A stretch of 64,000 nucleotides of DNA, taken from the NCBI GenBank assembly GCA_002269645.1, contig NIVC01000614.1, positions 1-64,000 of the forward strand. The letters run 5' to 3'. This document shows positions 28,355 through 51,550 of this stretch, piece after piece. A model generated the notes under the pieces. It saw only the letters and a program-made list of their open reading frames with translations. It was not told the DNA's origin and ran no database searches. Every line of letters starts with the position of its first letter. The stretch's first letter is position 1. The position numbers were made by a program, and so were the translations under genes. The DNA comes from Macrostomum lignano. Taxonomy: Eukaryota.

Positions 28355-28886
28355 TCTGTCTAAGTATATAGTAAAGTATCTATTGAAGTATCTAGTGAAG
28401 TATCTATTGAAGTATCTAGTAAAGTATCTATTGAAGTATCTAGTGAAGTATCTAGTGAAGTATCTAGTGAAGTATCTAGTTAAGTATCTAATTACCTATC
28501 TAATGAAGTATCTAATTTCGTATCTAATAAAGTATCTAGTGAAGTATCTAGTGAAGTATGTAGTGGAGTATCTAGTGAAGTATCTAGTGAAGTATCTAGT
28601 GAAGTATCTAGTGAAGTATCTAATGAAGTATCTAGTGAGGTATCTAGTGAAGTATCTAGTGTGGTATCTAGTGAAGTATCTAGTAAAGTATCTAGTGAAG
28701 TATCTAGTGAAGTATCTAGTGAAGTATTTAGTGATGTATCCAGTGAAGTATCTAGTGAAGTATCTAGTGATGTATCTAGTGAAGTATTTAGTGATGTATC
28801 CAGTGATGTATCCAGTGAAGTATCTAGTGAAGTATCTAGTGAAGTATTTAGTGATGTATCCAGTGATGTATCCAGTGAAGTATCTA
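28355..28886. repeat. 12-bp minisatellite (GAAGTATCTAGT)n just upstream of the ALP-A start
   Basis: Visible; source of the KYLV / VSSE pseudo-ORFs. Confidence 0.95.
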
Positions 28887-29341
28887 TGGTTGCTCAGGAC
28901 CAAATGGTACAGAAAATTCTCACCAATCTCCATATATTTGCTTGTATGGTGAATCCGACACTTAATTTTGAATTTCATTTCTTCTCTTTTAAGGCGTTTC
29001 AAAAAATCTTTTAATAGTTTTCATTTCAGTCACCACTTCTTTATCATTTTTAGGTGCGTGATACATAGATAGGCGAAAATGCTATCTTTCTCTTGACTTT
29101 ACTTTCATTATTTTTTCTTTTGATTTGGTTAAAAATAATTTGATTAAACCGCAAACGTTTTGAAATATGTAGCTTTTCTATTTTCGGTTGCTCGTTTCTT
29201 CGACTGTATTTTAAAATTTTAACAGGGCGATAAGCAAGGCGAATAAAACCATGAAAACGTTAAAAAATTGGTAAAATTTACGGGTGCAAGTTTCAACGTG
29301 CATGTTTTTAGCAGACAGTAACCTTATTATAGAATTTAAAC

Positions 29342-29770
29342 CTGCCTCTCCGCTCCATCACTCACTCAGACTCCTTGAGAATCTGCCTCTCTGCTCCATC
29401 ACTCACTCAGACTCCTTGAGAATCTGCCTCTCCGCTCCATCACTCACTCAGACTCCTTGAGAATCTGCCTCTCCGCTCCATTACTCACTCAGACTCCTTG
29501 AGAATCTGCCTCTCCGCTCCATCACTCACTCAGACTCCTTGAGAATCTGCCTCTCTGCTCCATCACTCACTCAGACTCCTTGAGAATCTGCCTCTCCGCT
29601 CCATTACTCACTCAGACTCCTTGAGAATCTGCCTCTCCGCTCCATCACTCACTCAGACTCCTTGAGAATCTGCCTCTCTGCTCCATCACTCACTCAGACT
29701 CCTTGAGAATCTGCCTCTCCGCTCCATCACTCACTCAGACTCCTTGAGAATCTGCCTCTCCGCTCTATCA
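29342..29770. repeat. 41-bp minisatellite, ~10 copies
   Basis: Unit CTGCCTCTCCGCTCCATCACTCACTCAGACTCCTTGAGAAT at a 41-bp period. Units are directly adjacent with no spacers, so this is not a CRISPR array. Confidence 0.96.
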
Positions 29771-29880
29771 GAATCATGAAGCCTTAAATCTTAAGCTTAT
29801 TTTAACAGAAGTCAAATTAAAATCAAAATCAGTCCATAATAGATTCATGTCAAGTCTGAATTGAGATGAGGTAAACAATA

Positions 29881-32800
29881 TTAAAGTTGCTGCAACAGCA
29901 TGAGACAGCACAAAACGATTGACAAAGCAGCTTTGCTCAAACCAGTCGATGTCGCACCATTCGCGGTAGTGCGGGGATCAACAGTTGCCGCACTGGTGGC
30001 AGACTCGGGGTCTTGCAGACAATTTCCAGTCCGAGCATACCAGCCGAGACAGCCGGCCTTCATGATCACGTGACCAATGTAGGACTGCTGGTGCACGCTT
30101 TGGAACAGGTGGGCGCCCGGGCCCCGAGCGAATAGCGCCACGTCTTCGGCTGAATGCGACTCGGAATGGCGCGGCACCAGGGCTGGGTATCTGGGAATAT
30201 TAAAGGGTAGGGAATTTTTGTTTTAGTAAGATAGCACTTTGTGAGAGCCGCTTGATCCGTGTAGATATTTCTGTCGTAAGTATGCCTGGATTAGACGCCT
30301 TCTCTGCGCCTGTTTTAGCGCCTCTCTCTGTCTGTTTTGGCGCCTCTCTCTGTGTCTGTTTTGGCGCCTCTCTCTCTGTGTCTGTTTTGGCGCCTCTCTC
30401 TGTGTCTGATTTGGCGCCTCTCTCGAGTCAGTTTTGGCACCTCTCCGGCCCTGTGTCAGTTTTGGCGCCTCTCTCTCTGTGTCTGTTTTGGCGCCTCTCT
30501 CTGTGTCTGATTTGGCGCCTCTCTCGAGTCAGTTTTGGCACCTCTCCGGCCCTGTGTCAGTTTTGGCGCCTCTCTCTGTGTCTGTTTTGGCGCCTCTCTC
30601 TGTGTCTGTTTTGGCGCCTCTCCCTGTGTCAGTTTTGGCGCCTCTTTCTGTGTCTGTTTTAGCGCCTCTCTCTGAGTCAATTTTGGCGCCTCTCTCTGTG
30701 TCTGATTTGGCGCCTCTCTCTGTGTCTGTTTTGGCGCCTCTCTCGAGTCAGTTTTGGCGCCTCTCTCTGTGTCTGATTTGGCGCCTCTCTCTGTGTCTGA
30801 TTTGGCGCCTCTCTCTGTGTCTGATTTGGCGCCTCTCTCTGTGTCTGATTTGGCGCCTCTCTCTGTGTCTGATTTGGCGCCTCTCTCTGTGTCTGATTTG
30901 GCGCCTCTCTCTGTGTCTGATTTGGCGCCTCTCCCTGTGTCTGTTTTGGCGCCTCTCTCTGTGTCTGATTTGGCGCCTCTCCCTGTGTCTGTTTTGGCGC
31001 CTCTCTCTGTGTCTGTTTTGGCGCCTCTCTCTGTGTCTGTTTTGGCGCCTCTCTGTGTCTGATTTGGCGCCTCTCTCTGTGTCTGTTTTGGCGCCTCTCT
31101 ACCACTTTGCATCCAAGGCAGTCACCTGTATTTTTCCTTCTCCTCAGGCACATCCTCAGTGATGTTCGGTCGCGGCTGATTCGGCTTGGCGCTCGGCCCA
31201 TCGCTGTAGCTGGCCACGGTCTTCTCAATGTTGTCGGGAGCCACTTCGTACTGCAGCGAGCCGTCGCTACTCTTGCTAACCATCTTTCCAAGAATAGGCT
31301 GGCCTCTGTAACCATAGTGACCGATAGTGAAAACGTGACTATGATCTGCAGACACAACTATCAGGGTGTCCTCAATGCTAGTCATCTCAGTAGCCACTTG
31401 GACAGCTTCGTCGAATGCTAGGACATCGTAGAGAGCCCGCTGGGCCTGGTTGGCATGGTGACCGCTGTCGATTCGGGCGCCCTCAACCATCAGAGCGAAA
31501 CCGTTGGAATTCTTGCGCAGAACTTCCAGAGCTTTCCGAGTCATATCGGCTAAGCTGGGCTCACGGTAACCCTCAGAACGAATATTTGTCGAGTGATACC
31601 GCATCTTCTCGGTTGATAGGAGACCCAGAACTGAGTCAGCTTGATCTGCACGAAGATTTCTCAGCTCGTCGGCTGTTTCCACGTAGACTGGGCGCCGGCC
31701 GAGCTGCCGCTGCAAGCTGCTCCAGCGCTCCACCAGATTGATGCCGTCGGAGCGTGTGCCGTTCACCTGAACACCGCCAAACTGGTCCATTGTGGTGACA
31801 TTTTTTGGCAGCAGTTTGAGCCGACCGCCGCCCATTAGGACGGTGAAATTGACGGCCCGATCGACCAGCTGGGTGGCGATGTCGGGGCAACGGCGTCGCT
31901 GCTCAGGCGAGTCCGGGCTCGAGTCGTCCGTGTTTCGGTCGGTGTCGTCCTGCCACTGGCGGCTGACGGAGCTGGCGTAGGCTGGGGCTGGTGTTGCGCC
32001 CGTCAGGCGGTCCGTGGTGAGCACACCAGTGGCCTTGCCCTGAAGAGGAGATTAGGGAGAGAAAGAGAGCTATCCAGCTAGAATTACCCAGAAAAATCAC
32101 CCCAACAGCCCTACAACAATCACCCCAGCAACCCTACAACAGTCACCCCCAACAGCCCTACAACAATCACCCCAAAAACCCTACAACAATCACCCCAACA
32201 ACCCTACAACAATCACCCCAACAGCCCTACAGCAATCATCCCAACAACCCTACAACAATCATCCCAACAACCCTACAACAATCATCCCAACAACCCTACA
32301 ACAATCATCCCAACAACCCTACAACAATCACCCCAACAGCCCTACAGCAATCATCCCAACAACCCTACAACAATCATCCCAAAAACCCTACAAGAATACC
32401 GCTCTGGACGCTCACCTGCTCGGAGGCGAACTTCAGAAACGACACCACGTCGTGCTGTCGGCTATCGTAAGTCGAACAGCTGCCCAGCTTTGCATCCTGG
32501 TTCACCCCAAGCATGTAGCCGTTTGTCTTCACACCGCACATGAAGGCGGTCGCAGTGGACGCACTGTCGGGTGTCTGCCTGTCCATGTTGTACGTCCTGA
32601 TCAGTCCTGCATGATCGAACTCGTCAAACGCAAGCGACGCCTCTTCGCCCGACGAGTTCTTGAGCTGGCCTTTGAGAATCCGGCCGGCTGTCACCGTGCT
32701 GATGCCCATGCCGTCGCCGATAAACAGAATGACGTTCTTGGCGGAGTAGCGCAGCTGCTGCAGCACCCGCGAGGCCCGGTCCATGGACTGCTGGGCATCC

Positions 32801-33050
32801 CTGGGGACGAGGGGAGACTCAAGAATATGCGCGACATCTGGACACCATCCACATGTAGACGCCGTGCTCGGCCATATTCATTTGGGGCTAGAAGGAACTG
32901 CAAAACGACTCACCTGGTCCAGTACTCCTTAGTTTCGTAGTTTGGTTGCGGATAGAGCTTTGGCTGCTTACAACTCACTTCGTTTGAGAATATTGTCAGC
33001 AGAAACAAGGCCGCTAGGAGTAGTCCTCTTGTTGATCTTTGATCCTGCAT
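29881..33050 (-). CDS. Alkaline phosphatase, copy B (signal peptide, GPI-anchor-like C-terminus), ~581 aa
   Basis: Exons 33050-32914, 32800-32416, 32039-31126, 30190-29881; total 1746 nt in frame, same intron positions and phases as copy A. MQDQRSTRGLLLAALFLLTIFS signal; GDGMG, TPDSASTATA, VEGARIDSGHH, SADHSH, ESHSAEDV. Confidence 0.92.
30300..31100. repeat. 24-bp minisatellite (TTTGGCGCCTCTCTCTGTGTCTGA)n in ALP-B intron 3
   Basis: Visible. Confidence 0.95.
32092..32395. repeat. 23-bp minisatellite (CAACCCTACAACAATCATCCCAA)n in ALP-B intron 2
   Basis: Visible. Confidence 0.93.
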
Positions 33051-33266
33051 CGTCTTCCCTCTTTTCTGAAGCAAGTGTTAATAGGAAATTTGAAGGCGTA
33101 TTCTTGCAACCGCGGATTACTATACCTACATGTATACTAACAGTACTATAATCGAGCTTTAATCTAACTCTTGAAACTAAGTTTATTTGAGAAGAACCAA
33201 ATTTAACATCCATTAAGTTACTTGCGAATTTTTGACTACCTAACGTCTACAGACCTTTACTTATTT

Positions 33267-34212
33267 GACAGGGACTTTACTTGTTAGACAAAGACCTTTT
33301 CTGTTAGACAGGGACCTCACCTGCTAGACAGGGACTTTACCTGTTAGACAGGGACTTTACCTGTTTGATTGTTAAGACAGCGACCTCACCTGCTAGACAG
33401 GGACTTCACCTGGTAGACAGCGACCTCACCTGCCAGACAGGGACCTCACCTGCTAGACAGGGACTTCACCTGCTAGACAGGGACCTCACCTGCTAGACAG
33501 GGACCTCACCTGCTAGGCAGGGACTTCACCTGCTAGACAGGGACCTCACCTGCTAGACAGGGACTTCACCTGCTAGACAGGGACCTCACCTGCCAGACAG
33601 GGACCTCACCTGCCAGACAGGGACCTCACCTGCTAGACAGGGACCTCACCTGCTAGACAGGGACCTCACCTGCCAGACAGGGACCTCACCTGCTAGACAG
33701 GGACCTCACCTGCTAGACAGGGACCTCACCTGCTAGACAGGGACCTCACCTGCTAGACAGGGACCTCACCTGCCAGACAGGGACCTCACCTGCCAGACAG
33801 GGACCTCACCTGCTAGACAGGGACCTCACCTGCTAGACAGGGACCTCACCTGCTAGAGAGGGACCTCACCTGCTAGACAGGGACCTCACCTGCTAGACAG
33901 GGACCTCACCTGCTAGACAGGGACCTCACCTGCCAGACAGGGACCTCACCTGCTAGACAGGGACCTCACCTGCTAGACAGGGACCTCACCTGCTAGACAG
34001 GGACCTCACCTGCCAGACAGGGACCTCACCTGCCAGACAGGGACCTCACCTGCTAGACAGGGACTTCACCTGCTAGACAGGGACCTCACCTGCTAGACAG
34101 GGACTTCACCTGCTAGACAGGGACCTCACCTGCTAGACAGGGACTTCACCTGCTAGACAGGGACCTCACCTGCTAGACAGGGACTTTACCTGTTAGACAG
34201 GGACTTCACCTG
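33267..34212. repeat. 20-bp minisatellite (ACAGGGACCTCACCTGCTAG)n, ~47 copies, upstream of ALP-B
   Basis: Visible. Confidence 0.96.
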
Positions 34213-34769
34213 ACGAAGAATACCTTATGCATGAAAAAATAACTGGATTAGCTCGTAAAAAGTTGATTCGCGTTCTTACCGGAGTATTTGGTGCCAACCA
34301 ATCGCAGGTTTGAGTAAGTTTGCCCAACTCGGCTCTCATGAGCAAAAAAGCCACTTATTACGCCACTTAAGTAGCCTCCGAAAAATTTGGTTCACCACAA
34401 GTGACAGTAATCAGGTGACTCTTGCAACCTTCCAGCTTTACATGTCACTTGCAGCTGTCACTGCATGGCCGCTTACCCTCGTAACCCTCGTGGTAAACAG
34501 CTACTTTTGGAACAGAAAAAAAACACAAATATCTGATAAAGAACTTTCTTCACTTCATGATTGCATGAACCATAAAGACAGAATGTGAAATTTGCGAAAA
34601 GATTAATGAGCAGTAAACGAGTATAGCGGATCCATGTGCCAGTGCCCTGTGCTGATGAAATATCATTTCAATGACATTGGGACTGCCTAAAATTGCGATT
34701 TCTTGGAAACTTTAATAATTTAATCTCAAGTACATGTATGATCTTCGGATTACTGGTGTCCCCGCATCA

Positions 34770-35270
34770 CTTTCTCTTCACTCTCCCTCTCACCTCTAAG
34801 ATCTCCTCCCTTATCTTCTCTCTTTTCTCTTTTCTCTTTCCTCTCTCTTCTCACTTCATTCTCTCCTTCGCCTCATATTTTTCTTCTCTGTTTTCTCTTC
34901 CCTCACATCTCTGCCCTCTAGTCTCTTCTCTCTGCTCTCTCCTCTCTCCCCTCTCACCTCTCCTCTCTCCCCTCTCACCTCTCCTCTCTCCCCTCTCCCC
35001 TCTCCTCTCTTCCCTTAACCCTCTTCTATTTCCCCTATCCTCTCTCCCCTCACCCCTCTCCTCTCTGCCGTCTCCCCTATCTTCTCTTCTCTCTCCCCTC
35101 TCCTCTCTCTCCTCTTTCCTCTCTCCACTCTATTCTCTCCACTCTATTCTCTCCACTCTATTCTCTCCACTCACTTCTCTCTGCTCACCTCTCTCCTGTC
35201 TCCTGTTTCGTCTGCATTCTCTTCTCGACTCTCTATTCTTTCTCCTACATTTTAATCTTCTCTCCTCTCC
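34770..35270. repeat. Degenerate CT-rich low-complexity tract
   Basis: Polypyrimidine composition; source of the 193-aa LSPL pseudo-ORF. Confidence 0.85.
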
Positions 35271-35904
35271 TTAACGCATGCCTGAATCACAGAGATTAGT
35301 CTAACCATACGGGCTTTAGCCTTTGTCCTACTGTCGATGCCCCACTCCAAGTACAATCTATGACGAAATTCTATTTTTAGCTCCAACTATAATTATTCTC
35401 TATTAGAGCCTACAGCATCTGTCCGTCCCATCCATCTTTCTGTTTCCTTACCCTTTCAGGATTATTCAATTCGAACCAGCATATTGGTTAATTCCTACAC
35501 GCACAACACTGCGCAGTGCATACTAATAATGTCAGTATGGTAATAGCATAGCTACTGCTACTAGGCCCATTCAAGACCATTCATCCGAATTCCCTTGACC
35601 TACAGTACTGAGACAGCCCCCCGGCCCCTGTGACTCACTGCTATAAACCAATACGCGACCCCCCAACTGTAGTCTGCGCAGCATTTGTTCTATTTTTAGC
35701 ACGGGATTTTCCTCGACTCATTCAACTGATATATCCTATGCGTTACGCTTTGTGTAGTAAGCAGTGTGACTAAGCCATGATGGTAATATTTTGTGTGACA
35801 ACGCAGCAGCTGCTCCCTCAAAAGCTGGTGGATTATCAGCTGCGGTATTGGCAAATGTACATGCTAATCTGAATCATTTTTATTGCCTATTCATCGGCGG
35901 CTTA

Positions 35905-36728
35905 GAATCTGGGGATCTGGGAGGCTAGCCCAGCAACTGAGGATCTGGAAGGCTGGAGGATCTGGGAGGCTGGCTCAGCAACTGAGGATCTGGGAGGCTG
36001 GAGGATCTGGGAGGCTGGCTCAGCAACTGAGGATCTGGGAGGCTGGAGGATCTGGGAGGCTAGCCCAGCAACTGAGGATCTGGAAGGCTGGAGGATCTGG
36101 GAGGCTGGCTCAGCAACTGAGGATCTGGGAGGCTGGAGGATCTGGGAGGCTGGCTCAGCAACTGAGGATCTGGGAGGCTGGCCCAGCAACTGAGGATCTG
36201 GGAGGCTGGCCCAGCAACTGAGGATCTGGAAGGCTGGAGGATCTGGGAGGCTGGCTCAGCAACTGAGGATCTGGGAGGCTGGAGGATCTGGGAGGCTGGC
36301 TCAGCAACTGAGGATCTGGGAGGCTGGCCCAGCAACTGAGGATCTGGGAGGCTGGCCCAGCAACTGAGGATCTGGGAGGCTGGTGGACCAGCAACTGGGG
36401 ATCTGGAAGGCTGGTGGACCAGCAACTGAGGATCTGGAAGGCTGGTGGACCAGCAACTGAGGATCTGGGAGGCTGGACCAGCAACTGAGGATCTGGGAGG
36501 CTGGCCCAGCAACTGAGGATCTGGGAGGCTGGTGGACCAGCAACTGAGGATCTGGGAGGCTGGTGGACCAGCAACTGAGGATCTGGAAGGCTGGTGGACC
36601 AGCAACTGAGGATCTGGGAGGCTGGCCCAGCAACTGAGGATCTGGGAGGCTGGCCCAGCAACTGAGGATCTGGGAGGCTGGCACAGCAACTGAGCATCTG
36701 GAAGGCTGGCCCAGCAACTGAGGATCTT
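35905..36728 (+). repeat. 28-bp minisatellite (GATCTGGGAGGCTGGCCCAGCAACTGAG)n with longer and shorter unit variants
   Basis: Visible; the reverse complement recurs at 63022-63292. Confidence 0.95.
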
Positions 36729-37558
36729 GGAGGGTGTCAGTGGATAGCCAAGTCTAAATTTTTCTTACTTACATGAGCTAAATAAACCCAAATGAAATAA
36801 CGCCAAAAGAAGCAAATACAATGGATTTTATCGGCATAATGAAGAAGCTGACTGCGAAATGCCCCCAGGGACGCCGCGGGTCAAACAGGCAGCAACAGTT
36901 GCCATCTGGACAACAACAATTTGCATTGTGATTATTTATTCATTCTTCGCATATTTCGCATATTGTAATGCAAAATAAAAATTTTGTACAATAGGAAACT
37001 GTAAAAACGAATATATTAAACAAAAGGAACAGGCAACAAGAGCCGGGAACAGATACTACAAAACAGACAGATTGGGATGCTTTTAGAAGCAGAAAAAAAC
37101 AGCAGCAAGCAATAACAAACACAAATTTTGGAGTTCAAACACAATTTAAACAGATAAAGCTTACTAATTTGTAAGTGTCACAAAGAACCATTGGCGTTTG
37201 AAGATGTCTTTTTTTGGCGCAAAGTTCAATAAACAGGTTAATGGTGGGTAGACACACACACACACACACACATGAGATTAAGGACAGTAGCAGTGTGTAC
37301 AAAGGTCTATTTTATTTGGGAACTATTGCAGTATTGATTTGTGCATAGTATATAATAATAAATATAATATAACTGATAGATTCAATCGTGTACACAAAAA
37401 AGCAAATTAGTTAATGTTTTTGGCAGCAGCAATAATAAGAAAAATATACTATATATTTATAATTTTGTTTAATTCGTCACGGCAACTCAGTAGTTTTACA
37501 ATAAGTCTTACAAAAAGCAGCTAGGAATACAGAGAAAACACACTGGTCAGTCAGTGAG

Positions 37559-47134
<9,576 letters not shown>

Positions 47135-48294
47135 GACCTGAAGATCGACTTTGTTAAATTCAACTGATTTCTTTAGTAGTAAGTAGTAACAATTATTTAT
47201 ATTATTGAATAGGAAATAGAATAAACAGTTTTTAGGTAGAAGGCAGGGCGGAAAACAGCACTCAGTCCTATATGGTATGGTATTAGAGAGAAGCACCCAA
47301 AATGTTTTATAGTTTTAGCCAGCCTTGCCTTTACCTTATAGGGACGGCCCGGCCTCTCTCCTCTCCCCTCGTGTTTTGGGTCGGGGTCGCGGAGGGAGGG
47401 GGTTGGCTGTGTGGGGGGCTTTCCGATAAGGAAAGACTCTGTAGATTGGATAGGGGGGCGCGCGGGGGTTGCCCCTGTACACTTGGGCCGGCCGTACAAT
47501 GTGCCGTTGGGGCGTAAAACCCGGGCGGGGGGAGCAGGGCGGTTGGCTGGCGCTGGGGGTGGGTATTTGACCCAAAGCTTTGTCCTCCTACAACTGCCCT
47601 CCCGCCTTGCCGTCCGTTTTGCCCTTGCAGTAGTCTAGAAAGCAAATAGATCTGAACCTACAGCTAACCTCCCCCCTACTGAAGCAGGCCATACAAACAC
47701 TACATTCTATAACCCAACTCCCACACAATACTAACCCAACATTGCACACAAGCAGGGCCTCCGCTTCACTTTATGCATATGCAGCTTTATACAAAGAGAG
47801 AGAGAGAAGAAAAATGGCGATATTAAACGACACTCACTACTGTTTTAGAAATGTTGGGACCGGAAAGACTGTGCCGGGTGGGTTTTACTGTGGGAGTGGG
47901 AGGTGGATATATAGAACTAAAGCTTGCTGGGTTTTAATAAAGGCTTTAGTTGTGCTGGTTGTGGGAACCATTAAGAGAGCGAGGTAAAATACTCAGTTTT
48001 AGCCGTTGCTTCTGCTGCTGCTAGACAGAGACAACCTAAAGCTAAAGTCCTAAACCTATTATACATGTAGTACTAACGCTGGTTATTAATCCAGATAATC
48101 CAGTAACTCGCATATACAAGACGTTGCTAACTTACTTTGCCTGTGCTTTGGCATTCGAAGAAACCTGAAAATGTTTTGCGGACCAAGAGAAGCACGGAGT
48201 GTATCAAAGGAATAGAATGTAATGCAGACATCTGTTTCAGGCTCTGAGAGTCAAAACTGAACCATAGTTAGCTTAAAGCTAAGTTAGCAGCTGC

Positions 48295-48865
48295 GACAGT
48301 GACCTGTGACAGAGAGACAGTGATCTGTGACAGAGGAGAGACAGTGACCTGTGATAGAGGAGAGATAGTGACCTGTGACAGAGGAGAGACAGTGACCTGT
48401 GACGGAAGAGCGACAGTGACCGGTGACAGAGGAGAGACAGTGACCTGTGACAGAAGAGAGACAGTGCCTCTGTGACAGAGGAGAGACAGAGATCTGTGAC
48501 AAAGGAGAAACAGTGACATGTGACAAAGGATAGACAGTGACCTGTGACAGAGGAGAGACAGTGACCTGTGACAGAGGAGAGACAGTGCCTCTGTGACAGA
48601 GGAGAGACAGAGATCTGTGACAAAGGAGAAACAGTGACATGTGACAAAGGATAGACAGTGACCTGTGACAGAGGAGAGACAGTGACCTGTGACGGAAGAG
48701 CGACAGTGACCGGTGACAGAGGAGAGACAGTGACCTGTGACAGAAGAGAGACAGTGCCTCTGTGACAGAGGAGAGACAGAGATCTGTGACAGAGGAGAGA
48801 CAGTGACCTGTGACAGAGGAGAGACAGTGAGTGACCTGTGACAGAGGTGAGACAGCGACCTGACA
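48295..48865. repeat. 24-bp minisatellite (TGTGACAGAGGAGAGACAGTGACC)n with higher-order repetition
   Basis: Visible. Confidence 0.94.
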
Positions 48866-49179
48866 GGGTTGAAACAGCAAAAGGAGAAAAAGAAAGCAGT
48901 GAACAGGTAAAAAACAAAATGGAAACGAACATCACATTAAAAGTTGCTGGTGTTCCCGATTTTAAACCTGCAACCCAGAAACTACCCGCGCAAAAATTCC
49001 AGCCCTGATTTCAGAATGCCAGGCATAAATATTTGATACAAAATCGAGCCACGAATTTTCTTTATTTGACCAAGGTTTATCCCAAAACTATAATGTCCAC
49101 AACTGGTGACATTGGCTAATGAAATTCACAGAATTGAACTTCAAAACCAATAGAAAACAACAATTTCTGGAGCCACATT

Positions 49180-49930
49180 TAACCTACAGTCACTTGGCGC
49201 CACATAAACCTACAGTCACTTGGTGCCACATTAACCTACAGTCACTTGGCGCCATATTAACCTACAGTCACTTGGCGCCACATCAGTCACTTGGCGCCAC
49301 ATTAACCTACAGTCACTTGGTGCCACATTAACCTACAGTCACTTGGTGCCACATTAACCTACAGTCACTTGGCGCCACATTAACCTACAGTCACTTGGCG
49401 CCACATAAACCTACAGTCACTTGGCGCCACATCAGTCACTTGGTGCTACATAAACCTACAGTCACTTGGCGCCACATTAACCTACAGTCACTTGGCGCCA
49501 CATTAACCTACAGTCACTTGGCGCCACATTAACCTACAGTCACTTGGCGCCACATCAGTCACTTGGTGCCACATAAACCTACAGTCACTTGGCGCCACAT
49601 TAACCTACAGTCACTTGGCGCCATATTAACCTACAGTCACTTGGCGCTACATCAGTCACTTGGCGCCACATTAACCTACAGTCACTTGGCGCCACATTAA
49701 CCTACAGTCACTTGGCGCCACATCAGTCACTTGGTGCCACATAAACCTACAGTCACTTGGCGCCACATTAACCTACAGTCACTTGGCGCCACATTAACCT
49801 ACAGTCACTTGGCGCCACATTAACCTACAGTCACTTGGCGCCACATTAACCTACAGTCACTTGGCGCCACATTAACCTACAGTCACTTGGTGCCACCACT
49901 TATTAAACTATACAGTCACTTGGCGCCACC
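49180..49930. repeat. 26-bp minisatellite (ACAGTCACTTGGCGCCACATTAACCT)n
   Basis: Visible; includes shortened unit variants. Confidence 0.95.
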
Positions 49931-50389
49931 TTAAACTAAAGCCTTTTTGGCGCCTCAATAAACACACAGGTTTCTGGCGCCTCAACGATTTTCTTTTCTT
50001 GTGCTTCACTATATCTTTGTATACCCGATGTACAGTATGCTTCGGCCTACATATATACCATATACAATTTACTCATGCAGAGCATAGAGGGGCTGCGGGG
50101 TTCAGGGTCAGACGGACGGACCCACATGTAGCTGGCCTTGCCCATGCACCCCCTCAACTCTTCTTCCCTCAGCGATGATTCACGCGACTCCGCACGCCAA
50201 GAGGTGAGGAGCAACCAAGGCTTCCATCTCAGGAGGAGAGCAAGCATAGGAGACCCCAGCAGAGGCGTAGGTGCTGTGCAGGAAAAAGGGATCGGATCGA
50301 TTTTGAGTTTGACTCACAAAGATGGGAAAGAGAGGTGCTTTGCTCGAAAATTCGGCTAGGGTTTAAAGCAAAAAAACTGGAACTGTCTC

Positions 50390-50825
50390 ATATCCCAATT
50401 AGACCCAGTTGTATCCCCATGAGATCCAGTTGTATCCCCATGAGATCCAGTTGTATCCCTATGAGATCCAGTTTTATCCCCATGAGATCCAGTTGTATCC
50501 CTATGAGATCCAGTTTTATCCCAATGAGATCCAGTTTTATCCCCATGAGATCCACTTGAATCCCTATGAGATCCAGTTTTATCCCAATGAGATCCAGTTT
50601 TATCCCCATGAGATCCACTTGAATCCCTATGAGATCCAGTTTTATCCCAATGAGATCCAGTTTTATCCCCATGAGATTCACTTGAATCCCTATGAGATCC
50701 AGTTTTATCCCAATGAGATCCAGTTTTATCCCTATGAGATTCATCTTTATCCCTGTGAGATTTATCCCCATGATATCTAGTTTTTATCCCCGTGAGATCC
50801 AGTTTTATCCCTAGGTATCCATGAG
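50390..50825. repeat. 21-bp minisatellite (TATCCCCATGAGATCCAGTTT)n
   Basis: Visible; unrelated to the GCGCCGCAGG 21-mer family. Confidence 0.93.
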
Positions 50826-51550
50826 ATCCATCCATTCTCATCCCTGTAGTGATTGCAAACTGGTTGGATTCTCCAGTACGTTGAAAGCTGCGCCCGAAGT
50901 AACCACCTAGTAATCGGTACCCCGCTAATAATGGCCCAATTTCATGGGATAAACGCATTCTTGACGCACGCTGGGATCCAGGCAAAAGGCAGAAGTGGCA
51001 ACATCTGGATGTGGGTTGCAGAAATTCTGCTTTTTCTTGAATGCAGGCAATTCAAGGAGGCTGGAAAGGGCCTTTTATTTTGCTTGGAAAAAATCTGAAA
51101 ACTTAAAATTGGCCACTTTTGCTGTTTCTGTCTGCCTCTTTGCTCATGCAACCAAAAAGGGCTTTCTAAGGGTGGCATCTGCCACTGCTCCGCCTTTGTG
51201 GGCTTAGAATTGTCAGAAGGGGCGAGTCGTCATAAAGGAAAAGGGCGATTCCACTGTGTATTTTTTTCGTAATTGGCGCGCTCTGCAAGTCTTGTAATTG
51301 GAAAATTGTCTCGGAAATGATGGAAAGCATTCACCAATTTTCTATGAACTTGTTAGAGGGAAACTAGCAATCAGGAGCAAGGAGTAGTTTTTTTCGAATT
51401 AACTCCATGTAAGGTTTTGACCTTGTACAGTCCCTATTGTTAGTATTCTAAGAAAAAAGTGTTTAAGCAAAAATGCATCCCTGAAAGCTAGCTGTCTCGC
51501 CTAAAATATCAGCATCCCATCCTCACCCCAGTTCCCTCAGCTGCTGCTGA

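Noticed and set aside
29342-29770. 41-bp repeat as a possible CRISPR array
   Set aside because: Units are contiguous with no spacers, the context is eukaryotic, and there are no cas genes.
34200-34240. CTGACGA...GAAA string after the 20-bp array
   Set aside because: The intervening sequence cannot form helix II, and no GUH site or helix III follows.
50040-51300. GC-moderate blocks with 66-81 aa ORFs flanking the 21-bp array at 50390
   Set aside because: No domain motif or consistent splice structure identifiable by eye.
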